DNA of 64,000 nucleotides from Malacoraja senta (Eukaryota), in assembly GCA_038087875.1 (NCBI GenBank), contig CM075991.1:2604001-2668000 (forward strand), given 5' to 3'. Shown here piece after piece: positions 37,291-51,072 of this stretch. The stretch's first letter is position 1. Each line of letters opens with the position of its first letter. Made by a program: the position numbers and the translations under genes. The notes below the pieces were generated by a model, which ran no database searches, was not told the DNA's origin, and worked only from the letters and a program-made list of their open reading frames with translations.

Positions 37291-38968
37291 CCCTGACGTC
37301 CTGCATTGAAACTGAATGCTGTGAAAGTTGGGGTGGCTCCCAGAACATCAAACATCACCATCATGAATAAAAGGAAGCAACGTGTTCACTAATAAAAAAT
37401 AGAATTTGAAAAAAAACTTGCGTACATAAATTGTCTCTGTCTGAGCTTGGAGGGGGATTTTTACACTACCCTTAGAGAGATTCCTAACAGAGGTCTCATC
37501 ATAAAGTGACGGTCCTATCAACAAGTTTATTCTGAAGAGCTATAATTCCCACCGACAAAATGAGGAATCATAATAATGAGACTGACCTTTCAAAACGGCT
37601 CCAAAAATTCTCAGAAAATGCTTGGCTGTGCAAATATGTGCAAAGACCGAGAAACAAGCAAGATAGAGATACCAAGAACAAATTATTGCTGGTTTATTAT
37701 TGCCACCTGTACTAAAATACAGTGACAAATGTCTGTTTAGTGTGGTATCCAGGCATGAACAAAACAGGTGTATAAACAAATCAGCAACAGAGAAAATAAA
37801 TGGAATGAAGAATTCTATTTATCTCAGTGGGATAGGCAGCATCTCTAATGGGTCAAGACCCTTCTCCAGACTCCAGCATTTTGTGTCTATCTTCAGTGTA
37901 AGCTAGCATCAGCAGTTCCTTCTGACACAATTATATTTATCTGGCAAGTTTAATGCAATGATATAACGCAACTTGCTCTGAATACTTGACACCAAGTCAT
38001 ATAAGGAGGTGTAAGGGCAGATGACCAAAGGATTAGGTTTCTTTTTTGTCATGTGTTTTGCATGCTATGCAATCAAATCAGATAATACTACACATAAATA
38101 CAATCAAGCCAAACTTAAGTATACGAAGTAGAGCAAAGGGGAAGATGCAGAATATTGTTTCATTTAGTTTAGAGATACAGCGTGGAAACAGGCCCTTCAG
38201 CCCACCGAGTCTGCACCGACCAGCGATCCCCGCACATTAACACTATCCTACACACACTAGGGACAATTTGCATTTATACCTAGCTAATGTACCTACATAC
38301 CTGTATGTCTTTGGAGTGTGGGAGGAAACCGAAGAGCTCGGAGAAAACCCACCCGGGTCACAGGGAGAACGTACAAACTCCGTACAGACAGCACCCGTAG
38401 TCAGGATCGAACCCGGGTCTCCGGTCTTACAAGTGCTGTAAGGCAGCAACTCTACCGCTGCGCCACCTTGTTCCAGAGACAAAGTCCAATGTCCGCAATG
38501 GTGAATCGGACAGTAGCCTAGCTTATGGAAGGACCGTTCAGAAGCCTGATAACAGAGGGGAAGAAGCTGTAACCAGTTTCCAGCATCCACAGTCTCTTGT
38601 GTTCCCTTATCACCTTCCAGTATTATCAAAGTTCAAATTTATTTAAAGTTCAAAGTTCAAAGATCAAATTTAGTTGTCACATGCACTGGTCGATCGCTTC
38701 TCTGGCGACCTCCGGATGTTACAGTCCCCGCTGCGCCGCCGCTGAAGCTCTGGGCCCGACTCCGGGGAAGGCTGCACTAAACCAGCTGTAAGGCCGCGAG
38801 GAGGGGGGGGACAAAGAAGCGACAAGGAAGAAAGTCGCCTCTTCGTCGAGGTAGGTGCCTGAAAACGGTTTCTCCCTATCCCCCCCCCCCCCCCCACAAG
38901 ACATACAGAGAAACACTAAAACATATTTTTGGCCTTTGTCAGTTCTGTTTATTGTCACGTGTACAGTG

Positions 38969-41528
38969 GAGGACTTAAGGGCAAGACTGCTTTATCAAAG
39001 GGAGCTGAGGGAATGCTCTGTGTTCTGTTTCACAGAGACATGGCTCACCCCCAGCTCCCCAGATTCAGCGGTCCAGCCTGAAGGGTTCTCCATCCATCGT
39101 ATGGACCGTACACTGGCATCTGGGAAAGGGAGAGGAGGGGGCGTCTGCCTCATGGTCAACTCTGCGTGGTGCTCAGACGTGGCAGTCCTGTCCAACTCCT
39201 GCTCTCCACACCTCGAACATCTGGCGGTGAAGTGTCGTCCCTTCTACCTTCCGAGGGAATTCACCTCCATCATCCTGACCGCGGTCTACATCCCACCCCA
39301 GGCAGACGTCCGTCTGGCACTGGGGGAGCTGCACGCCGTGGTCAACAAACACCAGACGTCTTACCCCGAGGCGTTTACCACCATAGCCGGGGACTTCAAT
39401 AAGGCAAACCTAAAGAAATCACTCCCTAACTTCCACCAACATGTCTCCTGCTGCACCAGAGGACCAAACACCCTCGACCACTGCTACACCACCATCAAGA
39501 ATGCCTCGCTCTATCCCTCGCCCTCACTTCGGTAAATCCGACCATACTGCGGTGCTGCTTCTTCCTGCCTACAGGCAGCAATTAAAGAGCGCACCCCCAG
39601 AGGTGAGGACAGTACGGAGCTGGTCGGGGGAGGCAGAGGAACAACTCCAGGACTGTTTGGAGTCTGTAGACTGGGCAACGTTCAAGGACTCGGCAACGGA
39701 CCTGAACGAATACGCCACAGTCGTTACAGACTTCATTAAGAAGTGTGTGGAGGACTGCATCCCCACCAAAACCTTCCGAGCGTTTCCCAATCAGAAACCT
39801 TGGATGAACTTTGAGATCCGCACTCTTCTGAAGTCCAGACACCGGGCATTCATGTCTGATGATACAGTGGCCTACAAGGAGTCCAGATACAACCTTGGTA
39901 AGGCCATCAAAAAGGCCAAAAGGGACTTCTGCTCCAAACTGGAGGAAGAGACTGATGTTCGGCGGCTGTGGCAGGGCCTGAATGCAATCACCTCTTACAA
40001 GGCGAAATCAGGAGGCAGCTCGAATGTCGGCGAAACATCACTCCCTGATGAGCTCAATGCATTTTACGCACGTTTTGATAGGGAGAACACTGATGTGCCT
40101 TGCCGAGCCCCCATTCGCTGTGATGGTATTTCAGTCTCAGTCACAGAGGCCGACGACAGGAACTCCTTCAGAGGGGTGAACCCTCGAAAAGCGCCTGGAC
40201 CTGATGGTATACCTGGTCGCGTTCTAAAAACCTGTGCGGACCAACTGGCTGGAGTTTTTACAGACATTTTCAACCTCTCACTTCTGAGGTCTGAGGTCCC
40301 CACCTGCTTCCAAAGGGCATCAATTATACCAGTGCCCAAGAAGAGTAAGGTGACGTGCCTCAATGACTATCGACCTGTGGCACTAACGCCTGTGGTGATG
40401 AAGTGCTTTGAGAGGTTGATCATGGTGCAGATCAACTCCTACCTCGACAAAAACCTGGACCCACTGCAGTTCGCTTACCGCCACAACAGATCAACGGTGG
40501 ATGCGATCTCGCTGGCCCTCCACTCCGCTCTGGACCACTTGGACAACAAAAACTCATATGTCAGGCTGTTATTCATCGATTACAGCTCGGCATTTAATGC
40601 AATCATCCCCTCCAAGCTGGTTACCAAACTCGCAGAACTGGGTCTCTGCGCATCCCTCTGCAATTGGATCCTCGACTTCCTCATTCTCAGACCACAGTCT
40701 GTTCGTATTGGTGGAAATGTGTCAGACTCGATAACAATCAGCACGGGAGCACCTCAAGGCTGCGTGCTCAGTCCCCTGCTGTACTCACTCTATACTCATG
40801 ACTGCGTAGCCGGATATAGTGCAAACTCCATCATCAAGTTCGCTGATGACACCACTGTTGTGGGACGTATCACTGATGGTGATGAGTCAGAGTATAGAAG
40901 AGAGATCGAGCAACTGTCCATATGGTGCCTGCACAATAACCTGGCCCTCAACACCAGCAAAACCAAGGAACTGATTGTGGACTTTGGAAGGAGTAGGATG
41001 GGGACCCACAGTCCCGTTTATATCAACGGGTCGATGGTTGAAAGGGTCAAGAGCTTCAAATTCCTGGGCGTGCACATCTCTGAAGATCTTTCCTGGTCCG
41101 AGAACAATGATGCCATTATTAAGAAAGCACATCAGCGCCTCTACTTCCTGAGAAGATTACGGAGAGTTGGTTTGTCAAGGAGGACTCTCTCTAACTTCTA
41201 CAGGTGCACAGTAGAGAGCATGCTGACCGGTTGCATCGTGGCTTGGTTCGGCAACTTGAGTGCCCTGGAGAGGAAAAGACTACAAAAAGTAGTAAACACT
41301 GCCCAGTCCATCATCGGCTCTGACCTCCCTTCCATCGAGGGGATCTACCACAGTCGCTGCCTCAAAAAGGCTGGCAGCATCATCAAGGACCCACACCATC
41401 CTGGCCACACACTCATCTCCCTACTACCTTCAGGTAGAAGGTACAGGAGCCTGAAGACTGCAAAGACCAGGTTCAGGAACAGCTACTTCCCCACAGCCAT
41501 CAGGCTATTAAACCTGGCTCGGACATAA
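38969..41528 (+). pseudogene. Rex1 ORF2 (APE endonuclease + reverse transcriptase), one frameshift near 39507
   Basis: ORF-track frames 38855..39535 and 39441..41528 overlap. The endonuclease reading continues TIKNA / RSIPRPHFGKSDH across a small deletion. Confidence 0.88.
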
Positions 41529-41705
41529 CACTGAACTTTACTAGCCAATACTGTTATTTGCACTTTATCAGTATATTGACCATTGTGTATATATTTATAG
41601 TATGCCTTGTAGTAAATGCCTACTATGTTCTGTTGTGCTCAAGCAAAGCAAGAATTTCATTGTCCTACCAGGGACACATGACAATAAACTCACTTGACTT
41701 GACTT
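38969..41705 (+). mobile_element. Rex1/Babar LINE, 5'-truncated, nearly intact endonuclease-RT
   Basis: Present only in duplicate copy B (empty site GTACAGTG|AAAAGC at 34502-34515). APE motifs FTETWL, GGGV, VYIPP, AGDFN, LDHCY, SDH. RT motifs YRPVALT, DYSSAFN, GAPQGCVLSP, FADD, FLG. (GACTT)n tail. Confidence 0.95.
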
Positions 41706-42654
41706 GAAAAGCTTTTGTTTGCGTACTAACCAGCCGGTGGAAAGACAATGCATGATTACAATCGATCCATTTCACAGTGTACAGATATATGATAAGGGAA
41801 TAACGTTTGGTGCAAGGTAAAGCCAGTAAAGTCTGATCAATAATAGTGCGAGGGTCCCTGATGAGGTAGATAGTTCAGCACTGCTCTCGGGTTGCAGTAG
41901 GATGGTTCAGGTGCCCGATTAAAGCTGGGACCAATATGTCCCTGAATCTCTATTTTCATAGGGCGGCGCGGTGAAGACGGGGCAACACAGTGGCGGCGCG
42001 GTGAAGACGGGGCAACACAGTGACGCAGCGGTAGAGTTGCTGCCTTACAGCGCTCGCCGCACCGGAGACACGGGTTCGATTTCGTCAACGGGCGCTGTCT
42101 GTATGGAGTTTACACATTCTCCACGTGACCGCGTGGGTTTTCACCGAGATCTTCGGTTTCCTTCCACATGCCAAAGACCTACAGATATGTAGGGTAATTA
42201 GCTTGGTGTATGTGTATATTGTCCCTAGTGTGTGCAGGATAGTGTTAATGTGTGTGGGGTTCGCTAGTCGTCACAGACTGTTTCCACGCTGTATCTCTAA
42301 CTAACTAAAATTCTCTCTTTTTCCCATCCATTCCCTTTTTGTCTCTTCATCCTTCTCTCTCTCTAGCTATCACCCACATCCAAATCCACCCCTCGCTCTC
42401 TCCCCTCCTGCCCCTTGTCTCTCTCTTCACCTGGTTCCACACCTCACCTGCCCATCCCCGTCCTCACCTCTCCCCCTGCACCACTCCGCACTGCCTGCCT
42501 CCCCTCTCTACTCCCAGCCCTGACACGGGGTCTCAACCCGAGATGCCGACTGTCCACTTCCCTCCACGGATGCTGCTCGGCCCACTGCGACTGTGGGCTG
42601 CTTCATGTATGTCCTTGCTTTTTGTCGGACTTTGCTGTTTTCAAACCAGCTGCT

Positions 42655-43351
42655 TAACGTTCTGGTGCCGTAGCCCTCTCGCCAAGAAGCTGGAAGCTGC
42701 CCTCAACAGCACCCTGCGGACTGTCTCCGGATACCTACGAGCCACCCCAGTAAACCAACTGCCCGTCCTCGCTGCCATCGCCCCAGCCAACATCAGACGA
42801 GAAGCAGCCACGCTGGCCCTCTCTCGAAAGGCACAGACCAGTGAATCCCACCTCCTCCATCAGATCGTCACAGAGACACCACGACGAGTGCGCCTCAAGT
42901 CACGGCACCCCTTTGCCACGCAAGCCCAAGAGCTGCTCTGCACAACACCGGCTGATGCTTCTAAGGCTGCCTGGGTCAAGACGAGATGGAGAGACCAGTG
43001 GAAGTCAGCGGAACCATTTAGGCTACACCAGTACATCAATGACCCCATGGACGTCCCTGGCCAGGACCTGCCCCGAAAGCAGTGGACAACCCTCAACCGC
43101 TTGAGGACAGGCGTTGGACGCTATGGAGTAGCGATGAAGAGGTGGGGCCTCGTGGACAGCGCCTCCTGCGAGTGTGCGGACCCAACACAGACAGTGGAAC
43201 ACATCGTCACCAGTTGTCCCAAACACCGGCCACCAAATGGTGAACGAGGTCTGATTGACCTGGACGATGACACGTTGGCCTGGCTCGCCTCAATGGAGCT
43301 GCAGGTCTAAAAGACATATGACAGAGGAAGAAGAAGAAGCAGAAGAAGAAG
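42655..43351 (+). mobile_element. Vingi/Ingi-clade LINE 3' fragment (copy B, frame open)
   Basis: Uninterrupted C-terminal frame to TAA at 43310 with a CCHC-type knuckle. (GAA)n tail. TSD AAACCAGCTGCT. Confidence 0.82.
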
Positions 43352-46008
43352 AAACCAGCTGCTGCCCCACAGCCCCAACACCTGCACTTCGAAAAAAATA
43401 ACTAGCTGTAAGTACTTTGAGGTCATCCGTGACCACAACATGTGTTCAGCAAAGGTAGATGTGGTTGTAAAAACCAACACTGACTAAACAGTGATATCCA
43501 TGCCATGAAATGCAGAATCATATTTTTATTAACAGCGGGCCTCAACAACTTGTAATCTTCGGTAAGTTTTAATTTTCAAAAGTAAACTTTACTTGTAATA
43601 AAAATATATACAAATCAAAAACTGTGCAATAACTCTTAATACATGCTCAGTGTCTACACATACAAAATTGCAGTGTCATATTCTGTAGTGTTCGCACCTC
43701 GCTTGAACCTATCACCTGCATTCTCCTGCCTCACCTCTCTTCCAATTATCCCTCCTCCCCATCCAGTACCTCCTCGCTTCCAGCTTTCTTCCCCCCCCCC
43801 AATAATTAGTCTGAAGAAGGGTCCAAATCCGAATCGTCACCTATCCATGCTCTCCAAAAATGCTGCCTGACCCGCTGAGTTACTCCAGCACTTTGTGTCT
43901 TCTTTTAAAGCAAAAACAACCTTGCCATTCATTTAGTTAATTTTTTTAGTTTAGAGATACAGCGCAGAAACAGCTCCTTTGGCCCACCGAGTCCGCGCCG
44001 ACCAGCGATTAACATTATCCTACACATACTAGGGAACATTTACACATACACCAAGCCAATTAACCTACACACCTGTACGTCTTTGGAGTGTGGGAGGAAA
44101 CCGAAGATCTTGGAGAAACCCACACGGTCACGAGGAGAACGTACAAACTCCGTACAGACAGCAGCCGTAGTCGGGATCGAACCCAGGTCTCTGGCGCTGC
44201 AAGAGCTGTAAGGCAGCAACTCTACCGCTGCGCCACCATGGCTGCCCTGCAGTGATATTTGTTCACTTGTTTGAGGGGTGTCCCCACCTGACTCTGCCCT
44301 TCAATGTCCAGCAGCGGAAGGACGCTAGACCGTGGCCCTCCCCCACAGAGCCTTGGCGTTGGCTGCACCGAGCTTCAGTGCGTCCCTCAGTACCTACTCC
44401 TGCAGTCTGGTAATCGCAATCTTTCGTGAAATAGATTACATTGACATTCTCGGCAGCTGGGTTTGGAGACAAAAATGACAGCCCTGACGTCCTGCATTGA
44501 AACTGAATGCTGTGAAAGTTGGGGTGGCTCCCAGAACACCAAACATCACCATCATGAATAAAAGGAAGCAACGTGTTCACTAATAAAAAATAGAATTTGA
44601 AAAAAACCTGCGTACATAAATTGTCTGTGTCTGAGCTTGGAGGGGGATTTTTACACTACCCTTAGAGAGATTCCTAACAGAGGTCTCATCATAAAATGAC
44701 GATCCCATCAACAAGTTTATTCTGAAGAGCTATAATTCCCACCGACAAAATGAGGAATCATAATAATGAGACTGACCTTTCAAAACGGCTCCAAAAATTC
44801 TCAGAAAATGCTTGGCTGTGCAAATATGTGCAAAGACCGAGAAACAAGCAAGATAGAGATACCAAGAACAAATTATTGCTGGTTTATTATTGCCACCTGT
44901 ACTAAAATACAGTGAAAAATGTCTGTTTAGTGTGGTATCCAGGCATGAACAAAACAGGTGTATGAACAAATCAGCAACAGAGAAAATAAATGGAATGAAG
45001 AATTATATTTATCTCTGTGGGATAGGCAGCATCTCTAATGGGTCGAAACCCTTCTCCAGACTCCAGCATTTTGTGTCTATCTTCAGAGTAAGCTAGCGTC
45101 AGCAGTTCCTTCTGACACAATTATATTTATCTGGCAAGTTTAATGCAATGATATAACCCAACTTGCTCTGAATACTTGACGCCAAGTCATATAAGGAGGT
45201 GTAAGGGCAGATGACCAAAGGATTAGGTTTCTTTTTTGTCATGTGTTTTGCATGCTATGCAATCAAATCAGATAATACTACACATAAATACAATCAAGCC
45301 AAACTTAAGTATACGAAGTAGAGCAAAGGGAAAGATGCAGAATATTGTTTAGTTTAGTTTAGAGATACAGCATGGAAACAGGCCCTTCAGCCCACCGAGT
45401 CCGCACCGACCAGCGATCCCCGCACATTAACACTATCCTACACACACTAGGGACAATTTGCATTTATACCTAGCTAATGTACCTACATACCTGTATGTCT
45501 TTGGAGTGTGGGAGGAAACCGAAGAGCTCGGAGAAAACACACCCGGGTCACAGGGAGAACGTACAAACTCCGTACAGACAGCACCCGTAGTCAGGATCGA
45601 ACCCGGGTCTCCGGTCTTACAAGTGCTGTAAGGCAGCAACTCTACCGCTGCGCCACCTTGTTCCAGAGACAAAGTCCAATGTCCGCAATGGTGAATCGGA
45701 CAGTAGCCTAGCTTATGGAAGGACCGTTCAGAAGCCTGATAACAGAGGGGAAGAAGCTGTTCCTGAGTCTGGTGGTGCGGGCTTTCAAGGTTCACAATGC
45801 TTGGTGCTGAGAATTTAAGGAGAGGCCAGGGCTGTGAAGATGTATCTGACACGTGCAGTGTTAGAGACTGCCCTGTGGTTTCTGGTTTCCACTCACTCAA
45901 TGGGAATGATTAGGAAGGAATTTATTAGTGTGGGAGTAGGTGACTCAGACTAGATGCGGTTATAGATTAGGCTGAGAGCCAATCTCCTTCTGTGAAGACG
46001 TGGAACTA

Positions 46009-46445
46009 CAATAAACCCTCACAATAAAGGACCTCTAGATAACGGAAGATGGGTCTTGTCACCCATTCCTTCTCTCCAGAGATGCTGCCTGTCCCGCTGA
46101 GTTACTCCAGCGTTTTGTGTCCAACTAGATAACGGATTTCGCTGATAGCGGACAGAGGATCCCGGTGCACCGCGTGCACACTTCCGCCATTTACCCAACG
46201 AGCCGGAACCACACGGTGGGAGCTTCCGGTCAAGGGAGCGAGCAGCGTGAATTGCCGTTAGTACCGGGCCCGTCCCCCGGTACACTGCGTGTGGGGCAGG
46301 GGGTTCAGTGGCTCACCGGCTGGTGAACCCCCACTGGTTTAACCTCCCCCATACCCCCCTCCCCCCCCAACTCCACATTTCCTCCCTCCTGGCCTTGGGT
46401 TCAACTTTACCCCCCTCACTCCGTTATAGCAGACTATCGGCAATA
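46009..46445 (+). mobile_element. Tigger/pogo-like MITE left end with a nested Penelope-derived repeat (46047-46124)
   Basis: TA|CAATAAACCCTC followed by reiterated ATAACGGA/ATAGCGGA. The nested repeat is flanked by a 12-bp TSD CTAGATAACGGA. Confidence 0.5.
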
Positions 46446-47354
46446 AGTTACGTTTAGTTTAGAGAACTTTGAGAGTTATAGAGAGCTTTTACAAAATGGT
46501 TTTACAAAATGTTAAATGGCCAGCTCGACATAGATTACAAGACCTACACCAAACCCAAACCAAGTAGGAGCAGAAGAGGGCATTCGATCCAATTTGAGAT
46601 ACCTGCTACCAAGACAGATGTGTACAGCAATTCATTCTTCCCCCGCACAATTAAAGCATAGCATAGTCTTCACCCTACCATAGTTACCCAACCAGATGCA
46701 ACTAAATTTAAGGTAGCTCTTTCTTCCCAAAAACCCTTTCTGGCTTAAGTCCTCCCTCCACCACCTCCAGTTTAAATTCCATTTGGAATATTTTGGAGGA
46801 CCAAGAAACCAAGAACAAGCGCGGAAACAGGGCCTTCGGCCGACCAGCGATCCCCGCACACTAACACTACCCTACACACACAAGGGACAATTTACAATGT
46901 TAATGTAGCCAATTAAACTACAAACCCGCACGCCTTTGGAATGTGGGCGGCAACCGGAGCACCCGGAGAAAACCTATGCGGACACAGGGTGAATGTACAA
47001 ACTCCGTACAGACAAGCACCCGTAGTCAGGATCAGATCCGCTGTAAGGCAGTAACTCTACTGTGTTGCCCTGCCATCTATCCACAAATGATTTCCCACCC
47101 ATTTGCTCATCCACATCTTCCTCTCCCTTTTTTCACACAAAGGGTGGTGAGTGTACGGAACAAGCTGCCAGAGGAGGTAGTCGAGGCTGGGACTATCCCA
47201 ATGTTTGAGAACCAGTTGTGGCAGGTACATGGAGAGGACAGGTTTGGAGGGATATGGACCAAACGCGGGCAGGTGGGACTAGTGTAGATGGGGCATGTTG
47301 GCCGGTGTGGGCAAGTTGGGCTGAAGGGCCTGTTTCCACACTGTGTCACTCTAG

Positions 47355-47690
47355 ATTCAAGATTCAAGATTCAATTTTATTGTCACATGTACCAATTAAG
47401 GTACAGGGAAATTTGAGTCACCATACAGCCATACTAAGTAAAAAAGCAAAAATACACACAGCACATAAAATAAAGTTTAACATAAACATCCACCACAGTG
47501 GAATCAACATTCCTCACTGTGATGGAAGGCAATAAAGTTCAGTCATCTTCCTCCTTTCTTCCCCCGTGGTATGGGCCTTTGAACGGGGTCGTTGCCGACG
47601 TCCGCTGTTCAAGCCCTCTCGTCGGGATGATGGAAACTCTGGCATCTGGACGGATCGGAGCATGGAGCTCCCGAGTTGGCCGCTTCTTGA
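47355..47690 (-). mobile_element. GC-rich retroposon, 5'-truncated, Rex1-type tail
   Basis: GGAAGATGACTGAACTTTATTGCCTTCC-hairpin-GGATG core, then GTGACAATAAAA(TTGAATC)n. Confidence 0.75.
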
Positions 47691-48114
47691 CTCTATGACT
47701 CTTATGCACATAAATGAGATCTTCATAAGAACATAGGAGCAGAATTAGGCCATTCGGCCCATCAGCTTTGCTCCACCTTTTGATCATGGCTGATCCATTT
47801 TCCCGTCTGAACCCCATTCTCCTGCCTGTGTCCCTGTAACCCTTGATACTCTCCCTAATCATGAATCTAACAATCCCAATGACTTGGCCTTGACCGCCAT
47901 CTGTAGAAATCCTGTTCCATTGGGTATATGGATAGGAAACGTTTGGAGGGATATGGGCCAAACGCAGGCAGGTGGGACTAGTGTAGATGGGGCAAGTTGG
48001 TCGGCACTGGCAAGATGGGCTGAAGGGCTCATTTCAGTGCTGTCTGACTCTATGACCATACCTTGGGCCTTCTCCTTACAGCTGCTGGAAGTCTCACACC
48101 AAGCTGGGACAGGG

Positions 48115-48712
48115 TCATAGAAACATAGAAAATAGGTGCAGGAGGAGGCCATTCGGCCCTTCGAGCCAGCACCGTCATTCATTGTGATCATGGCTGATCG
48201 TCCCCAATCAATAACTCGTGCCTGCCTTCTCCCCATATCCCTTGACTCCACTAGCCCCTAGAGCTCTATCTAACTCTCTCTTAAATCCATCCAGTGACTT
48301 GGCCTCCACTGCCCTCTGTGGCAGGGAATTCCATAAATTCACAACTCTCTGGGTGAAAAAGTTTTTTCTCACCTCAGTCTTAAATGACCTCCCCTTTATT
48401 CTAAGACTGTGGCCCCTAGTTCTGGACTCGCCCAACATTGGGAACATTTTTCCTGCATCTAGCTTGTCCAGTCCTTTTATAATTTTATATGTTTCTATAA
48501 GATTCCCCCTCATCCTTCTAAACTCCAGTGAATACAAGCCTAGTCTTTTCAATCTTTCCTCATATGACAGTCCCGCCATCCCAGGGATCAATCTCGTGAA
48601 CCTGCACTGCACTGCCTCAATCACAAGGATGTCCTTCCTCAAATTAGGAGACCAAAACTGTACACAATACTCCAGATGTGGTCTCACCAGAGCCCTATAC
48701 AACTGCAGAAGA
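48115..48712 (-). mobile_element. Young CR1 3' fragment
   Basis: Open frame [28 protein letters not shown]...GYGEKAGTSY*. Confidence 0.93.
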
Positions 48713-49375
48713 AGGTCCTGTGATGTGCAACTTCCACACATCTGCAAACAATTTCTGACTGGTGATCTATTCCAAATTGTGAGGCAAGGAACCAAGGCGA
48801 CTTTTCCAATTGACTCCAAAGCTGTAGATTGTAGTAAACAGGAAGTATTCCTCAGAGTTTGGCAGGCAGAATTAGCATAAATAATCTTCACAATCTGTGG
48901 ACCGAGGAAATCGCTAGATCTTTGCATAGAATGATGTTGGTTTTCAGCCCACACATTTAAGCAACAATAATGTCACAACTTGAATCGAGCTTTTGAAAAC
49001 AGGAAAAATAGTTTAACTGATCACTTGCATAGAACACAAAGTGCTAGGGTAACTCAGCGGGTCAGGCAGCATCTCTGGAGGACATGGATAGGTAACGTTT
49101 CGTGTCGGGACCCTTCTTCAGACTGATTGTAGTCGGAGGAAGAAATCTGGCAAGAGGCAGGAACAAGACAGAACCAGGCGAGTCTGGGTCAAAACCAAAG
49201 ATACTATAGCTCCGCTCAGTAACATGAGTTGTAGATTAGGGGAGTAACAGGAATCACAGAGGGGGAGCAGTGAGAGAGGGTCTCACAGAACTCCTGACAG
49301 AGAGAGAACTTCTTCCACGTAGGTATGCATACCTTGAGGCGATTTCGCAGTGGATCAGTAAAAGAAGCAAACAAG

Positions 49376-49718
49376 GGGCAGCACGGTGGCGCAGTGGTAG
49401 AGTTGCTGCCTTACATCGCTTGCAGCGCCGGAGACCCGGGTTCGATCCTGATTACGGGCGCTGTCTGTACGGAGTTAGTACGATTTCTCCGTGACCGTGT
49501 GGGTTTTCTCCGAGATCTTTGTTTTCCACCCACACTCCAAAGACGTATAGGTTTAAAGGTTTATCGGCTTGGTATAAGTTTAAATTGTCCCTAGTGTGTG
49601 TAGGATAGTGTTAATGTGCGGGGATCGCTGGTCGGTGCGGACTCGGTGGGCCGAAGGGCCTGTTTCTGCGCTGTATCTGTAAACAAAACTAAAGTGAACT
49701 AAACTAAACTGAACTAAA
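49376..49718 (+). mobile_element. HE1 V-SINE (full length)
   Basis: GGGGCAGCACGGTGGCGCAGTGG, GGTTCGATCC, (AACTA)n tail. Confidence 0.88.
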
Positions 49719-51072
49719 CTGCAGATGATGAAATCTTGTGTAGAACACAAAGACTTGGAATAACGAAATGGTTCAGGCAGCATCTCTGGAGAACATGTGT
49801 CGCTGATGTTTCGGGTCTGGACCCTTGTTCAACATAGTGGCAGAGATAAAGTTGGGAAAGAGGTTGGGGTGGGGTAAACTTACTCCAGCACTCCAGTGAT
49901 GCTGCCTGACCCGCTGAGTTGCTCCAGCAGGTTTGTCTTATGCAAGATTCCAGCGTCTGCAGTTGCTTGTGTCTCCATTTCACCGATTACTTTCCCGGTG
50001 TCGGGTTTGTGACCTGCCTTTGATCGGTCAACCACTGTGGCGGGCTCTGCTTCATTCCACCCTCCTCTGGGTGACGTGGACATCACTGAGAAGCCAGGAA
50101 TCTTTGAGCGCTCCATAAATCCAAAGCTATCCAAACAGCCAGAGGCTGTTAATAATGATAATAATAATCAGACTGCTAGATCAAGTTTTGAACAGAGCGA
50201 ACAGTTTTTAGCAAAGGGAAATAGATGGTGCTGGAGTAACTCAGCAGGTCAGTCCATATCTCCGGTGGACACGGATAGGCCAGGTTTTGAGTCGAGGCCC
50301 TTCTTCAGTCTGACTGAAGTAGGAAGCTGGAGAGAGGTGGAGATGGGACTAAGCCAGGCAAGTGATAGATGGATGCCAGCTTCTGCAGTTCCTTGTATCT
50401 ACAGCCATAGTGCATGGAGAGATGCCCTTCATCCCACTTGCCCATGCTGACCAAGATGCTCCATCAACACCAGTCGCACCCGAATTTGCCCCACATCCCT
50501 CTAAACCTCGACATTTAGCAAAGGGAAGATTATATTCTCTACAACATTTAGAATGTGTTCCAACTGCTCTTTTGAACTTAATGTTATAGCGTAATCTCAT
50601 TAAATAGATTTAAAAATAATGACAAAACATTTCCGTTTTGAGTCTCTCGGGGAATGACTACTGAATCTATCTTCATCAGCTCCACATTCTTTGATAATAC
50701 GATCATGTTTCTGTCTACATTTTAAAAGACCAGCTTTGTCATGTCCCACCAAATTAACCCTTGCCCTTCTTTAATGAGTATAGCTCACCTCCCTGTCTCG
50801 GAACGGAACTCCCTCTTCCCTCCATCAATAACAATAGCCAATATCTTTTCTGATGGCAAATTCTTCTGCTCGCTGAAGGTCAACATCTGTTGCAGGGTTT
50901 GGGGAGACTTCAACATCCGACAGATGATAAGAGAGTGGATGGAATTTGGTGGAGGTAACTACACTGACATCCCACCAAGTGCAGGGAGATGGGATTAACA
51001 TGGATGGGTGCCTGCTGGTCAGCATCAATACGGTGGGCTGAATAGCTTATTTCCATGCAGCACGACCTTAAA

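Larger units (their letters stand above)
33188..45760 (+). repeat. Tandem segmental duplication (copy A 33188-38570, copy B 38571-45760)
   Basis: Both copies start AACCAGTTTCCAGCATCC and end GGGAAGAAGCTGT. Collinear with scattered substitutions. Shared unit ~4.5 kb once the private insertions are removed. Confidence 0.95.

Noticed and set aside
42339..43310. 323-aa ORF as a host gene
   Set aside because: Chance read-through from repeat sequence into a 5'-truncated Vingi fragment bounded by a TSD; the paralogous copy is disrupted.
49376..49455. tRNA-like sequences with A and B boxes
   Set aside because: All continue into the HE1 SINE body and tail; they are SINE heads, not tRNA genes.
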